64,000 nucleotides of DNA from assembly GCA_963845085.1 (NCBI GenBank), contig CAWJQI010000004.1:384001-448000 (forward strand), given 5' to 3'. This stretch comes from Candidatus Fermentibacterota bacterium (lineage in GTDB: Bacteria > Fermentibacterota > Fermentibacteria > Fermentibacterales > JCC-6). Within the stretch, counting starts at the first letter, position 1; every line of letters begins with the position of its first letter. Shown in pieces: positions 1-10,026 of the stretch. The notes beneath the pieces were generated by a model. That model saw only the letters and a program-made list of their open reading frames with translations. It ran no database searches and was not told where the DNA came from. The position numbers and the translations under genes are program-made.

Positions 1-2658
1 GATCGTAAGAACCTCTCGGACAGCCTGCTCTCCGCCCATACCGCCCGGGATGGTCAGGTCCATGATAACGGCGTCGTACGGCCGGCCGGATTCAAAAGCG
101 CTGCGGTACATCGACACTGCCGTCTCCCCGTCCGAGGCTTCGTGGACCGTGCAACCAAGGGCGGTGAGCAGGTTTCTTGCAGCCGTCCTGACCATTTCCT
201 CATCGTCGAGCACCAGGATCCTTTCACTGTGGGCGACGGGAAGAACATCAACCCTGGCGGCGGATGGCTGCAAAACTCCGGCGGCGGGCATCAGAACCTC
301 GAAAAGCGCCCCCCTTGCCGAAGGCAGAAGCCTGATCAGACCGCCATGTCTTGCAACGATGGAATGGCTTGTGGTGAGCCCGAGCCCGTGACCATGCGAA
401 CGTGTCGTGAAATAGGGGTCGAACACCCTGTCGGAGATCTCGTCCGGAATCCCCGGGCCCGAGTCATGGAAGAGAAGCCTGACGTACCTGCCCGAAGGCA
501 ACCCGTTCTCGCTCGTGGCCTTCAATACCGTGTTTCCTGCGGTGATGCTCAGGCTTCCCGATTCGTTCATGGCCTGTTTTGCATTTAGAACGAGGTTGCT
601 CACCACCTGGGCGAACTGCTCGGGATCGGCCTCGAGGTTCCAGAGATCCTGGTCGGCATGAATGGAGAATGAGACTCCCGAACCCCTCAGCAGGAAACGG
701 GTGGACTGCTCAAGAAGCTCGGCTGTCCGCACAGCCCTTTTTACGGGCGCACCACCCTGTGCGAAGGTCAGGAGTTGATTCGTCAGGTGCCTGGCGCTCA
801 GGGCGGCCTTCTCTGCATCGGCGGCCAGGCTCCTGTACCCCTGCGATCCCGGTTTCTCCCGCTCCAGCAGGCTGAGGTTGGCCAGTATCCCTGTCAGTAT
901 GTTGTTGAAATCGTGCGCTATGCCGCCAGCCAGAACGCCCACCGACTCCAGCCGCTCGTTCCGGGCCGCCTCGGCTTCGAGCGCAAGTTTTCTTGTTGCA
1001 TCCTGTATGCCCACGAAGAAAAGCCTCGCTCCCGATTCCTCGAACACCGACCCCCTCGCTTCAAACGGGAAACTCGATCCGTCGGGTCTGGTAAGCTGCC
1101 CCATGAACCCGAAACTGTCATCCTCAGATCCGGGGTCGAGGAAACACCTCAGCCTGTCCGCTCCCGTGCTCAGAAAGTCGAACAGGTCGGTTCCTATCAA
1201 TTCGGTATTCGCGTACCCGAGGATTTCCCGGGCCTGGGGGTTGCAGTCCTGCACCCTGCCTGTGGAATCGATGAGAAGGATGGCCGAGGGATCGGCATGC
1301 ATGAGCCTTGAAAGGCGTCTTCTTGATGCGGTGAGATCCTCGATGGCCCTCATCCTGAGGACCGCGCTGCCGAGCTGCGCCCCCACGCTCTCAAGGAGCT
1401 CCTGGTCAGCCTGTGAAAACTGGTCGGGTTTCTCGTAGCTCTGAACCGCCACGACCCCGACGGGCACCCTGCCGGCTCTGAGGGGAACACCCATCCACTG
1501 CTCGGCAGGTGTGCCCACCTCCTTCCCGCCCCTCTCCCTGTAGTAAGCTGAAATGTCGGCGCGGGTCCATCTGATGGCATGGTCGGAATGGAATACCAGA
1601 TGGGTCAATGATTCGGGATTGTCGATCTTTGTGTCCCTGTCGAACCTGTCGAGGAACTTGGGAATGCGGAACTCGTCCCTCTCGGCGACGTGTACCGCAA
1701 TGTAGAGGTCGGATGTATCCATGACATCGGCAAGGGCTTCGATAACGCGGGAGCACAGCTCATCGAGGGTGTCGACCTCGTTGACCGCCCCTGCGATCAC
1801 CGCAAGGGTGGAGTTCACCCGGAGCGCCCGGTTCTTCTTCGTGACCTCCCTGCTCAGGCGAACATTGCTGACGATGATGAACACAACGCCCGAAAACGCC
1901 AGAAAGCCGAAAACGAACGCCAGAACGCGATGGGGGGAAGCGGTTTCGGGGAACACCCACTTCCTCCTGAGCGTGTAGTAGACGGATGAGTCATCGGCCT
2001 TCAGGGCGGCCAGTTGCCGGTCTATGGCGCCGATGAGCAGCCGGGCCGAGTCAATGTTGCCCGCGATGCCGGTTTGGATGGGGTTCCATATGATCGGGGA
2101 GCCCTCGAGCCTCAGGTCTGAACCGTAATAGGAAAGGGTGTGCCAGGGAACCGCCGCTGCATCGGCCTCGCCCTGCGCCACTGACTGCATCGCAGCCTGA
2201 AATGTCGGCACCCACAGCGGAGAAATGGTGATCCCCAGCCTGTCCACAAGTTCCAGGAATGTCATGGAATGTATATCGCTGTGGATCATTGCGATCCTTG
2301 CCCCCTCGAGGTCAGCCACCGACGCGAACCGGCCGGACCGCCTGACGGCGAGAGTGGACCATCCGGAGTAGACGTTGTTCTCGGGAAACAGGAACATCTC
2401 CTGTCTCGCCGGGGTGTAGCCCGTGCTCAGCAGAAGATCGATCCCGCCGCTCTCGAGCTTGGAGAGGAGCTCCGGCCATTCACCGGGAACAAAGGTGAGC
2501 TGCCAGTCTTCCTCGCCCGCAATGTAGGTTATGAGTTCAACATAGAAACCGTCGGGCTGCCCGGTTGAATTGGTGAATGCCATCGGGGGGTTTTCTTCGT
2601 AACCTACCCTCACCGGGAGTGACACAAGCACCCAGAGAAGAACACACATGATGTTCAT
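1..2658 (-). CDS. Hybrid sensor histidine kinase/response regulator (periplasmic binding domain, TM, GAF, PAS, HisKA, HATPase, REC); runs off window start
   Basis: Absent from ORF track because the stop lies outside the window. Manual translation from ATG 2658: VRVGYEENPPMAF (PBP family 3), QWMGVPLR..VGVVAVQSY (GAF), AGGIAHDFNNILT (H-box, in frame at 901-930), RILVLDDEEMVR..VIMDLTIPGGMGG (receiver). Confidence 0.9.
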   Translation of the reverse strand, partial: MNIMCVLLWVLVSLPVRVGYEENPPMAFTNSTGQPDGFYVELITYIAGEEDWQLTFVPGEWPELLSKLESGGIDLLLSTGYTPARQEMFLFPENNVYSGWSTLAVRRSGRFASVADLEGARIAMIHSDIHSMTFLELVDRLGITISPLWVPTFQAAMQSVAQGEADAAAVPWHTLSYYGSDLRLEGSPIIWNPIQTGIAGNIDSARLLIGAIDRQLAALKADDSSVYYTLRRKWVFPETASPHRVLAFVFGFLAFSGVVFIIVSNVRLSREVTKKNRALRVNSTLAVIAGAVNEVDTLDELCSRVIEALADVMDTSDLYIAVHVAERDEFRIPKFLDRFDRDTKIDNPESLTHLVFHSDHAIRWTRADISAYYRERGGKEVGTPAEQWMGVPLRAGRVPVGVVAVQSYEKPDQFSQADQELLESVGAQLGSAVLRMRAIEDLTASRRRLSRLMHADPSAILLIDSTGRVQDCNPQAREILGYANTELIGTDLFDFLSTGADRLRCFLDPGSEDDSFGFMGQLTRPDGSSFPFEARGSVFEESGARLFFVGIQDATRKLALEAEAARNERLESVGVLAGGIAHDFNNILTGILANLSLLEREKPGSQGYRSLAADAEKAALSARHLTNQLLTFAQGGAPVKRAVRTAELLEQSTRFLLRGSGVSFSIHADQDLWNLEADPEQFAQVVSNLVLNAKQAMNESGSLSITAGNTVLKATSENGLPSGRYVRLLFHDSGPGIPDEISDRVFDPYFTTRSHGHGLGLTTSHSIVARHGGLIRLLPSARGALFEVLMPAAGVLQPSAARVDVLPVAHSERILVLDDEEMVRTAARNLLTALGCTVHEASDGETAVSMYRSAFESGRPYDAVIMDLTIPGGMGGEQAVREVLTI

Positions 2659-2697
2659 GGGGCAAAGATAGCCGCACAGCCCCCCGTCAGGAAGGGA

Positions 2698-3018
2698 TCA
2701 GGGCGCCACGATCAATACCAGCATGCCGGCAAGCGAAAGCAGCAGCGACAGCACGAGCCATGCCGTGAAAACCGTCCGGAACACCACTCTCCTTCTGCGC
2801 TGCCCGCAGACGCACTCAATGACAAGACCCCGTTCGCCCGGCCTGTGGTAGCCGGCCCTGGTCGTCACGATGCACAGTTTTTCCCCGGGACGGCAGACCA
2901 GGCGCGAAACGAGCCTGAAAACATTCGGGTCGATCGATGCGGCGGCGGCCGTGATCATCAGTGCGATGAACATGCCGCCGCCCGTAACTAAAAGCAGCAG
3001 GACAAGCCCGCTCATCAC
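2698..3018 (-). CDS. Hypothetical membrane protein (two hydrophobic segments)
   Basis: Start overlaps mscL stop; hydrophobic N- and C-termini. Confidence 0.6.
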   Translation of the reverse strand: MMSGLVLLLLVTGGGMFIALMITAAAASIDPNVFRLVSRLVCRPGEKLCIVTTRAGYHRPGERGLVIECVCGQRRRRVVFRTVFTAWLVLSLLLSLAGMLVLIVAP

Positions 3019-3416
3019 TTCTGCTTCAGAAGGTCCCTGATCTCGGAGAGAAGAACTTCCTCCCTCGTCGGGGCGGGGGGCGCGGCGGGAGCCTGCTCCT
3101 GCTTCCTCTTCAGGGAGTTCATTCCCTTTATGACCATGAAGATGGCGAAGGCGATTATTACAAAGTCCACAAGCGTCTGGATGAAGAGGCCGTAGTTGAT
3201 TGTTACGGCAGCCGTCTCTCCGGCGGCTTCCCTGATGACAATGGCGAGACCCGAGAAATCAACCCCGCCAAGGAGTACACCGAGCGGAGGCATTATGACG
3301 TCGGCCACAAACGATGAAACGATCTTCCCGAAAGCCGCGCCGATAATGATGCCCACCGCCATGTCCATAACGTTGCCCCGCATGGCGAATGCCTTGAACT
3401 CCTTCATCATGCCCAT
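3015..3416 (-). CDS. mscL: Large-conductance mechanosensitive channel
   Basis: [39 protein letters not shown] ... [10 protein letters not shown]. Confidence 0.97.
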   Translation of the reverse strand: MGMMKEFKAFAMRGNVMDMAVGIIIGAAFGKIVSSFVADVIMPPLGVLLGGVDFSGLAIVIREAAGETAAVTINYGLFIQTLVDFVIIAFAIFMVIKGMNSLKRKQEQAPAAPPAPTREEVLLSEIRDLLKQK

Positions 3417-3703
3417 GCTCTTCTCCCTTCGGTTCCGTCTGTGTGAGTTCCGATCCAATTACCATTATTGTCGTTCAGCCACTGTATGGCAAGCATCCAC
3501 AGCCCGGCGGCATGAACACGTCCGGTGAAAACGCCGGAGCAGTTTTTAGCGTGTTGCACGAGGGGGACGTTTGATATCCACAGCAGGTCATGCCGGGGCA
3601 GTCATTGACCGCTGCATGAAACCGGAGCTATCATTGTGTGCGGCATGTGCCGGAACAGATTACGGAAGTTATGCGGCGCAACGGGTTGGAAACGGAGGGA
3701 AGC

Positions 3704-4087
3704 ATGTCCGGTGATGACAGGAGAAGACACGGCTGCCTTGCCATCTGGCTTCTGGTGCTTGCACTGTGGAACCTCGCGCTCATCCTCACATACACTGGAT
3801 GCAACATCGCGCAGTGGGTTGGAGATACGGGTGAACCGTTCGGCTGGTACTATCCGATAATGATCGGTCTGGCAGTTCTCAGCCTTATCTTCGTTATGGC
3901 CCTCTTCGGCTGGAGGAAGTGGGGCTTCTGGGGGCTGATCGTCGTCAACGCGGTGAAGCTCATTCTCGAGGTCTCGGTGGGAAGCGGCGATTTCATGGTT
4001 CTCGCAGGCATTGTTGCAACGATGCTGATCCTTTTCGCCGTGCTGAACATGGGGCGCGAAAACAAGGGCTGGCCACAGCTCCGGTAA
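3704..4087 (+). CDS. Hypothetical membrane protein (about 4 TM)
   Basis: GGAGG RBS before ATG 3704; RHGCLAIWL.., WRKWGFWG, multiple hydrophobic helices. Confidence 0.75.
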   Translation: MSGDDRRRHGCLAIWLLVLALWNLALILTYTGCNIAQWVGDTGEPFGWYYPIMIGLAVLSLIFVMALFGWRKWGFWGLIVVNAVKLILEVSVGSGDFMVLAGIVATMLILFAVLNMGRENKGWPQLR

Positions 4088-4117
4088 TCCGGCTGTACCA
4101 GGACGGAAGGTGGCGCG

Positions 4118-4705
4118 ATGAACAACATTGTGCAGCAGGTGCTTCAGTCCCTTGCAGGAGAGGGGCTTGCCAGTGTTTCGAAGCGGATCGGGGCCGACGA
4201 GCAGAAAACAGGCTCGGCGCTGTCCCTGGTCGTGCCGCTCCTCGTCTCCGCCCTCGCAAAAAACTCCTCGAACCCGGAGGGTGCACGATCGCTTCAGGAA
4301 GCCGTCAGCAAGGATCATGACGGTTCAATACTCGATAACCTGGGCGGATTTCTCAACGATCCTCATGCTGCCAACGGCGACGGAATTCTCCGGCACGTTC
4401 TCGGAGCCAGGCAGAACACTGTCACAAGCGCTCTGGCCCGCGGAACCGATCTGGAGCAGAATCAGATCGGGGAGCTTCTGCGGATAGCCGCACCCCTGAT
4501 CATGGGTCTGCTGGGCAGCAGGAACCGTACGGAAAGCCTCGATGCAGGCTCGATCGGAACCCTTCTGGGTTCAGAGACCAGGGCTGTGAAGAGGAAAGAC
4601 CCCGGTCTCATGGGCGTGCTGAACACACTTCTCGATTCCGACCAGGACGGCTCGGCGATCGATGACGTGATGGGGATGATCGCCAGAAAACTGAAGGGCC
4701 GCTGA
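4118..4705 (+). CDS. DUF937-like protein
   Basis: VPLLVSALAKN..EGARSL..DHDGSILDNLGG..GDGILRHVLG, C-terminal LDSDQDGSAIDD. Confidence 0.75.
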   Translation: MNNIVQQVLQSLAGEGLASVSKRIGADEQKTGSALSLVVPLLVSALAKNSSNPEGARSLQEAVSKDHDGSILDNLGGFLNDPHAANGDGILRHVLGARQNTVTSALARGTDLEQNQIGELLRIAAPLIMGLLGSRNRTESLDAGSIGTLLGSETRAVKRKDPGLMGVLNTLLDSDQDGSAIDDVMGMIARKLKGR

Positions 4706-4716
4706 GGAGGGGGCGC

Positions 4717-6078
4717 TCAGAGGGTCGGTATGGCCGAGGGGACCACGAGCCCCTCGCTGTTCACAGCGCCGAGATCCACCCAGCCTGTGCAACCGCCTGC
4801 GTCACCGGATGACATGTAATCCGGTATGACCGTGTCCACAAGCACCCAGTCACCCCGACGCTCCCTCACTTCCAGTACTACTCCGACCGGAATTACCGCG
4901 ATCTCGTCGGCTGCTGCGGACGGCCCGGTCCGAAGGGAAATGCCGAGGGCTTCGATCACCGTGATGCTCTGCGGAAACTCGTCAGCCAGCTGAACGTAGA
5001 TGAACGAGCCGGTCCAGCCCGAGGGTCTGATACTGATCTCGCCCTCACGCCAGCGCCTCACGCTGTCGGCAACGGCTGCGTACATGTCGCCAAGCCCCGG
5101 GTACATACCCATCCAGCCCGTGTTCGCAAGCCGTGGCTCAAAATCGCTGAAGCTCCAGACCAGTGCATCAGGAAAGTCACGGCCTGCCATCGCGCTGAGG
5201 TCACTGAGAGCAAATGCCCGATGCGAGGCAATTTCCTGCAGAGGCTGGAAGCCCGTGGAAGTCATGCCGGACGGCGGCGGCATCATCAGCCCTGCCGCGA
5301 ACGCGATCCGCTCCTTCACCGGGTGCCGTGGAACCACGGTCACCCTCCCCCTGCCGATGCTTCCGGCCCAACTGCTCCCGGTCTGGAGCGGATAGCACAG
5401 GATGGCCATGGTCCTGTCGTAGTCAGCCGTCATTGACCCGGAGACGGTGTACTCGACGAGAACCGTGTCGCCGGCTTCGAACTCCACGATCCAGGCGGCG
5501 TTCATCGCCTGGCCGTCAAATGCCGGGTACAGGCTGTCCAGCGAATCGTGTGAGCCGGTCAGCTCGGCATAGCTTGGTATGCGGGTCAGGTACATGGGAG
5601 AGCCCGGTGCGGGTTCGCCGGTAAAAAGCGGGTTCATCAGCTGTAGAACGGTCTCCCATGTCACCGGCTTGTCGGGATCCGAGTTCCACCAGGACGATCC
5701 CGACGCTGGATCGGGATCCCACTCTGCGATGAACAACGGGAACACTTCGGCCGCCCGTCCGTTGACCGATACGCCGACCCTTTCCAGAAAGCGGCCCGGC
5801 TCGGTAGCGCTGTACAACAGACCGACGAAGGGCGTTATCACGTCCACCGGAAAATACATGCAGACCCCGCCTTCGTCCGAAGGCGAGAGGAAGAGGAAGT
5901 CACCGGTTATGTCGAACGTTTTGCGGTCGACCCTGATCACCACATCCTGGGCCAGCATTCTTACCCGGGTTCCGATGCCGTCGAGCGGAACAGGCCCCTG
6001 CGCGACAGATCCAAGGTAGCCCGCATCTCCCAGGGCCAGGAACGGCAGCAGCATCGGGATAAAAAGCAATGAGCGCAT
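4717..6078 (-). CDS. Exported protein, DUF4424-like N-terminal region plus C-terminal bacterial SH3-like domain
   Basis: Signal peptide MRSLLFIPMLLPFLALG; YPLQTGSSWAGSIG; C-terminal LRTGPS..VLEVRERRGDWVLV..GWV. Confidence 0.6.
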   Translation of the reverse strand: MRSLLFIPMLLPFLALGDAGYLGSVAQGPVPLDGIGTRVRMLAQDVVIRVDRKTFDITGDFLFLSPSDEGGVCMYFPVDVITPFVGLLYSATEPGRFLERVGVSVNGRAAEVFPLFIAEWDPDPASGSSWWNSDPDKPVTWETVLQLMNPLFTGEPAPGSPMYLTRIPSYAELTGSHDSLDSLYPAFDGQAMNAAWIVEFEAGDTVLVEYTVSGSMTADYDRTMAILCYPLQTGSSWAGSIGRGRVTVVPRHPVKERIAFAAGLMMPPPSGMTSTGFQPLQEIASHRAFALSDLSAMAGRDFPDALVWSFSDFEPRLANTGWMGMYPGLGDMYAAVADSVRRWREGEISIRPSGWTGSFIYVQLADEFPQSITVIEALGISLRTGPSAAADEIAVIPVGVVLEVRERRGDWVLVDTVIPDYMSSGDAGGCTGWVDLGAVNSEGLVVPSAIPTL

Positions 6079-6207
6079 CGAATCCCCCCCCATCCCATGC
6101 AACGGCGCCGAATCTCCATGACAACGCAAAGATAACCATTGCATTCCAGGCATGTGTTTATATGTTCTTTCAAAACCCCGGCAAAACGGCGGAGGGATGC
6201 TTCAGCC

Positions 6208-6510
6208 ATGGAATGCTCGAACTGCTCTGCCCTCTCGGACAGGGAGTACGCATCTCAGAAGTACGGATCCGATGAGAACACATTCCTGCCGGCTGCGGCG
6301 TCAGCCCTTGCAGATGTTTTTGACTTCGATCCCCTGAGCAGCAGGAAGCGGATTCTCAAAAGGTGCACCGAATGTGGAACCTACTACCTGTATGTGTCTG
6401 ACTACGTGTACCTTGTCAACGGGTCGGAAGACGAGGAACTGCTTACCAGACTTGATGAAGAAGAGACAGCAAGCCTTCTCGGAGAGGTTTCGGAACGGCG
6501 CGGCATTTGA
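6208..6510 (+). CDS. Hypothetical protein with CxxC...CxxC
   Basis: MECSNC..LKRCTECGTYY; GGAGG upstream. Confidence 0.6.
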   Translation: MECSNCSALSDREYASQKYGSDENTFLPAAASALADVFDFDPLSSRKRILKRCTECGTYYLYVSDYVYLVNGSEDEELLTRLDEEETASLLGEVSERRGI

Positions 6511-6544
6511 GGTGGCCGGCCATGCAGCATGGAGAGGAAGGAAA

Positions 6545-7036
6545 GTGAAGATCACTCTGGCCCCGATGACGGGAGACGACCGCGTGCCGGTGATGGACAT
6601 TTTCAACCATTACGTGGAGAACAGCTTTGCGGCATACCCCGAACACAGGCTTCCATACGAGTTCTTCGACAATTTCCTTGCGATGTGCAGGGGGTACCCG
6701 ACCGCGGTGGCCCGCGACGAGAGCGGAATGGTTGCGGGATTCGGGATGCTTCGCCCCTACAGCCCCTTCCCCGCCTTCAGCGGCGCAGCCGAGATATCCT
6801 ACTTTCTCACGCAGGGGTGCACCGGGCACGGCATCGGCAGGCTGATGCTCGACCACCTTGTCAGTGAGGCCAGGGCGAAGGGGCTCAGAACAATTCTTGC
6901 CAACGTGTCTTCACTGAACGAAGGAAGCATGAGGTTTCACCTCAAGCACGGCTTCGTCAGATGCGGAACGCTTCAGGCCATCGGCTGCAAGAACGGCCGG
7001 GAATTCGATGTGGTCTATTTCCAGCTGATGCTTTAG
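6545..7036 (+). CDS. GNAT N-acetyltransferase (phosphinothricin acetyltransferase-like)
   Basis: DIFNHYVENS, AEISYFL..GHGIGRLML, NEGSMRFHLKHGF; GTG start after purine-rich RBS. Confidence 0.88.
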   Translation: MKITLAPMTGDDRVPVMDIFNHYVENSFAAYPEHRLPYEFFDNFLAMCRGYPTAVARDESGMVAGFGMLRPYSPFPAFSGAAEISYFLTQGCTGHGIGRLMLDHLVSEARAKGLRTILANVSSLNEGSMRFHLKHGFVRCGTLQAIGCKNGREFDVVYFQLML

Positions 7037-7178
7037 GGGCCGCTTCCGCGCGGCACGCATCGGGAATCCACGCCCGCAATCATCCCGGTCACACTGGATT
7101 GTGCGAACATTTCCGTTGCGTAGAGCTATATTCCTATTGCTCTGATAGGAATTCAGTTTCGGAAGGAGGACGGAAACT

Positions 7179-7782
7179 ATGAGAAGTGGAAGATGGCTGC
7201 TGCTCGGGGCACTGATGCTCGCCCTTGACTGCTCCGGCCATGGCCCAGGGCTGTTGTGGAATGGGCGGCATGGAGAACATGGGCGGTGCCGGCGGACGGA
7301 TGGGCATGCGTGGAATGTCATGCGGAATGTGCGGCGGCATGATGGGCATGGGAGCATGCTCCATGATGCAGGGCTCTCCGATGATGGTCATGCCCTACCT
7401 TGAGTACCTTGATCTCTCCGAGGAACAGCGGGGCGAAATTGATGCCCTTATGACGGGAATGGAAGAGAGAATCTCCGAGGCTCGTGAAGAGGCCGGGATG
7501 GCCAATCCTGCCAGGGCGTTCCTCGATCTTTTCTCGGAGAGCGACTTTTCGGCTGCTTCCCTTGATGACTTCAATGAAAGGGCGGCTGCTCTCGCGGAGG
7601 AGATCCGGCAGATCCATGAGGCAACTCTTGTGGGCATTCACGGGGTCCTTACGGCCGATCAGCTCGAGCAGCTCGAGACCATCGACGTTGACGACGCGGA
7701 CGGTGGCATGCGCCGGGGCTGCGGAAGCGGCGGAATGAACGGCATGGGCCGCAATGGCGGCGGTTGCAGAGGCATGCGTTAG
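7179..7782 (+). CDS. Met/Gly/Cys-rich Spy/CpxP (LTXXQ)-like periplasmic protein; +1 frameshift near 7224
   Basis: Signal peptide MRSGRWLLLGALMLAL (RBS GGAGG) continues as TAPAMAQ in the next frame; LDLSEEQR and VLTADQ motifs. Confidence 0.7.
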
Positions 7783-7785
7783 AAC

Positions 7786-8847
7786 TTGACCAGAGCTGCT
7801 GAAGGCCCATTTTTCGCCCTCTCCGCAGCGATTCTCTTCGGCGGGGCTACGGCAGCTGCGAAAGCGCTTCTGTCCGGCGTCTCGCCCTGGATGCTCGCTG
7901 GGCTTCTGTACCTGGGTTCGGGGCTCGGACTGGGTGTCATTGTCCTCGTCCGGAGACCCCGCGGATCATCGTTTGCTGCTATGACAGGGCTCTCCCGCAG
8001 AGAACTGCCATGGCTCGCAGGAGCGGTGATCAGCGGCGGGGTCATTGCCCCCCTTCTTCTCATGTGGGGTCTTGACCGGACGCCAGCCTCAACGACATCG
8101 CTTCTTCTCAACCTGGAGGGCGTGCTGACGGCCGTCATTGCGTGGGCGATCTTCCGGGAAAACATCGGACCGAGGGTTATGGCTGGCCTGGCTGCCATCG
8201 TTGCCGGAGCGGTCCTCATCTCCATCACTCCCGGAGGGGGCGGCTACGACGGCCTTGCCGGAAGGGTCGCGATCATCGCAGCCTGTCTGGGGTGGGCGGT
8301 GGACAACAACCTGACCCGCCACATATCGGCTGGAGATCCTGCAGTCATAGCCGGCACGAAAGGGCTGGTGGCGGGGGGGGTCAACGTGCTCATCGCCCTT
8401 TCGATGGGGCAGAGCTTCCCGTCATTCGACAGGACTGCCCTTTCATGCGCAGCAGGCTTTCTCGGGTATGGGGCGAGCCTCGTATTGTTCGTGATGGCTC
8501 TCAGAACCCTTGGCGCCGCCAGAACGGGAGCGTTCTTCTCGACAGCGCCTTTCATCGGTGCGTTCGCATCGCTATTCATCCTTGGCGAACAGCTCGTTCC
8601 CATGCTGATTCCCGGCGCCGTGCTCATGATCATCGGGCTGTTCCTTCAGCTCGGAGAACGGCACATCCACGAACACACACATGACCGGCTTGCACACAGT
8701 CACACCCATCGCCATGACGAGCATCACCGGCACAGCCACGATGACGGGTCGTCCGACACGGGCAGCCACAGCCATCCCCATTTTCATGACCAAATCAAAC
8801 ACTCGCACAGGCACTTTCCTGACATCCACCACAGGCACGGCCACTGA
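7786..8847 (+). CDS. EamA/DMT transporter with His-rich C-terminal tail
   Basis: LAGLLYLGSGLG, SLLLNLEGV, WAVDNNLTR, LGAARTGAFFSTAPF; tail HIHEHTH..HSHRHFPDIHHRHGH. Confidence 0.92.
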   Translation: MTRAAEGPFFALSAAILFGGATAAAKALLSGVSPWMLAGLLYLGSGLGLGVIVLVRRPRGSSFAAMTGLSRRELPWLAGAVISGGVIAPLLLMWGLDRTPASTTSLLLNLEGVLTAVIAWAIFRENIGPRVMAGLAAIVAGAVLISITPGGGGYDGLAGRVAIIAACLGWAVDNNLTRHISAGDPAVIAGTKGLVAGGVNVLIALSMGQSFPSFDRTALSCAAGFLGYGASLVLFVMALRTLGAARTGAFFSTAPFIGAFASLFILGEQLVPMLIPGAVLMIIGLFLQLGERHIHEHTHDRLAHSHTHRHDEHHRHSHDDGSSDTGSHSHPHFHDQIKHSHRHFPDIHHRHGH

Positions 8848-8864
8848 TCGCTCAAATCAGCACA

Positions 8865-9195
8865 CTATTTCGCCAATCTTGCGCTTACCAGTCTATTGAT
8901 GCTTACGCCTTCCTCTGCCGCAAGCTCAGCAAGTCTTTTATGCAATTCCGGCGGAATTCGAACCATGAATTTGCCACTGTACTTCCTGACGGAAAATGGA
9001 GCTGGTATTGGTCTCCTCGTTTGCTTCCATGTCTTTGATGGTGTCTGAGACCAGTTCGCGGATGCCTTTAAGCGCAAGTTCCTGGCTTTCAGCAAGCCAA
9101 CTGAGGCTGGGGAATTCACTGCAAAGTGCAAGATACTCCTGGTCCTCTTCAGACCATGTTACCCTGTATGTGTAAAGATCATTCTTCAGTGACAT
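8865..9195 (-). CDS. hicB: HicB-family antitoxin; +1 frameshift near 9012
   Basis: YTYRVTWSEEDQEYLALCSEFPSLSWLA (first frame) joined to PIPAPF..YSGKFMVRIPPELHKRLA..EEGVSINRLV (RHH, second frame). Confidence 0.85.
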
Positions 9196-9439
9196 CTGTC
9201 TCGCTCAACCTCTCTATGGCGCGGAGGACCTGCCTGACCTGGTAGGGTTTTGCATTGCCGTTGCTGTTCTGGATGTTGACCCTCGGATCACCCTGCCATG
9301 GCATTCTGAAAACAACATGGCTTGATTTCGATTGTCTTGGTTCCCCGAAGTAGTGCCTGCAAACCCTGAGCACATCCAAGAAGGAAACATCCCTGGGATT
9401 CCTCCGCATCGCTTCTACAAGATCCTCAACCTTAGCCAT
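9179..9439 (-). CDS. hicA: HicA-family toxin
   Basis: NPRDVSF..FGEPRQ..SSHVVFRMPWQGDPRVNIQ..AKPYQVRQV, upstream of hicB. Confidence 0.85.
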   Translation of the reverse strand: MAKVEDLVEAMRRNPRDVSFLDVLRVCRHYFGEPRQSKSSHVVFRMPWQGDPRVNIQNSNGNAKPYQVRQVLRAIERLSETDVTEE

Positions 9440-9444
9440 AGAAT

Positions 9445-9473
9445 ATAGTACCAATATTGATACTGTTCGTCAA
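9445..9473 (-). promoter_or_regulatory. sigma70-type promoter of hicAB with overlapping palindromic operator
   Basis: TTGACG-17 nt-TACTAT, 5 nt before the ATG; near-perfect palindrome AGTACCAATATTGATACT at 9447-9464. Confidence 0.75.
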
Positions 9474-9562
9474 CCCTTTCTGGCGTATCAACAAGGAATG
9501 ATAGGGTGCAGGGCGCACGGCTTCTTCCCTGCGCCTTCACTTGACTGAACGAATATTTATTC

Positions 9563-10024
9563 TCACCCGTGGAAGATTACCGAATGGCTCTTCAGCCCAT
9601 TGGGGCCGTATGTGAATTTCGCACTGAAGAATTTTTCTGAATCAAGCCACTTCATGAAGATGTGATCACCCTCCCAAAGCGGAAGCGTTGACAGCTCTTC
9701 GTCCGCGACCCAGTGAACGGATCCCTCGGGGCACTGGTCGATGAGCGTTCCGGTGAATTCCGTGCATGTGAAGACGAAAACCAGCCAGTCCTGTTCTCCG
9801 TCGAACTCAGGAAAGGTGATGACACCCCTCATCCTCGGATTGATGACGGTGAGGCCGCTTTCCTCTTCAACTTCCCTTGCCGCGCAGGCGTCGGGAGTTT
9901 CGCCGGGCTCCATCTTTCCGCCCAGTGTGTTCCACCTGCCGGGGTGGTCGTCGCCGGGTTTCCGGTTGCGGCGTATCATGAGGGTTCTGCCGTCGTGTTT
10001 CAGATAGCAGAGAACCCCGAGCAA
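9563..10024 (-). CDS. NUDIX hydrolase (8-oxo-dGTP diphosphatase, MutX/MTH1-like)
   Basis: LCYL..WNTLGGKMEPGETPDACAAREVEEESGL Nudix box; LPLWEGD. Confidence 0.9.
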   Translation of the reverse strand: MLGVLCYLKHDGRTLMIRRNRKPGDDHPGRWNTLGGKMEPGETPDACAAREVEEESGLTVINPRMRGVITFPEFDGEQDWLVFVFTCTEFTGTLIDQCPEGSVHWVADEELSTLPLWEGDHIFMKWLDSEKFFSAKFTYGPNGLKSHSVIFHG

Positions 10025-10026
10025 GG

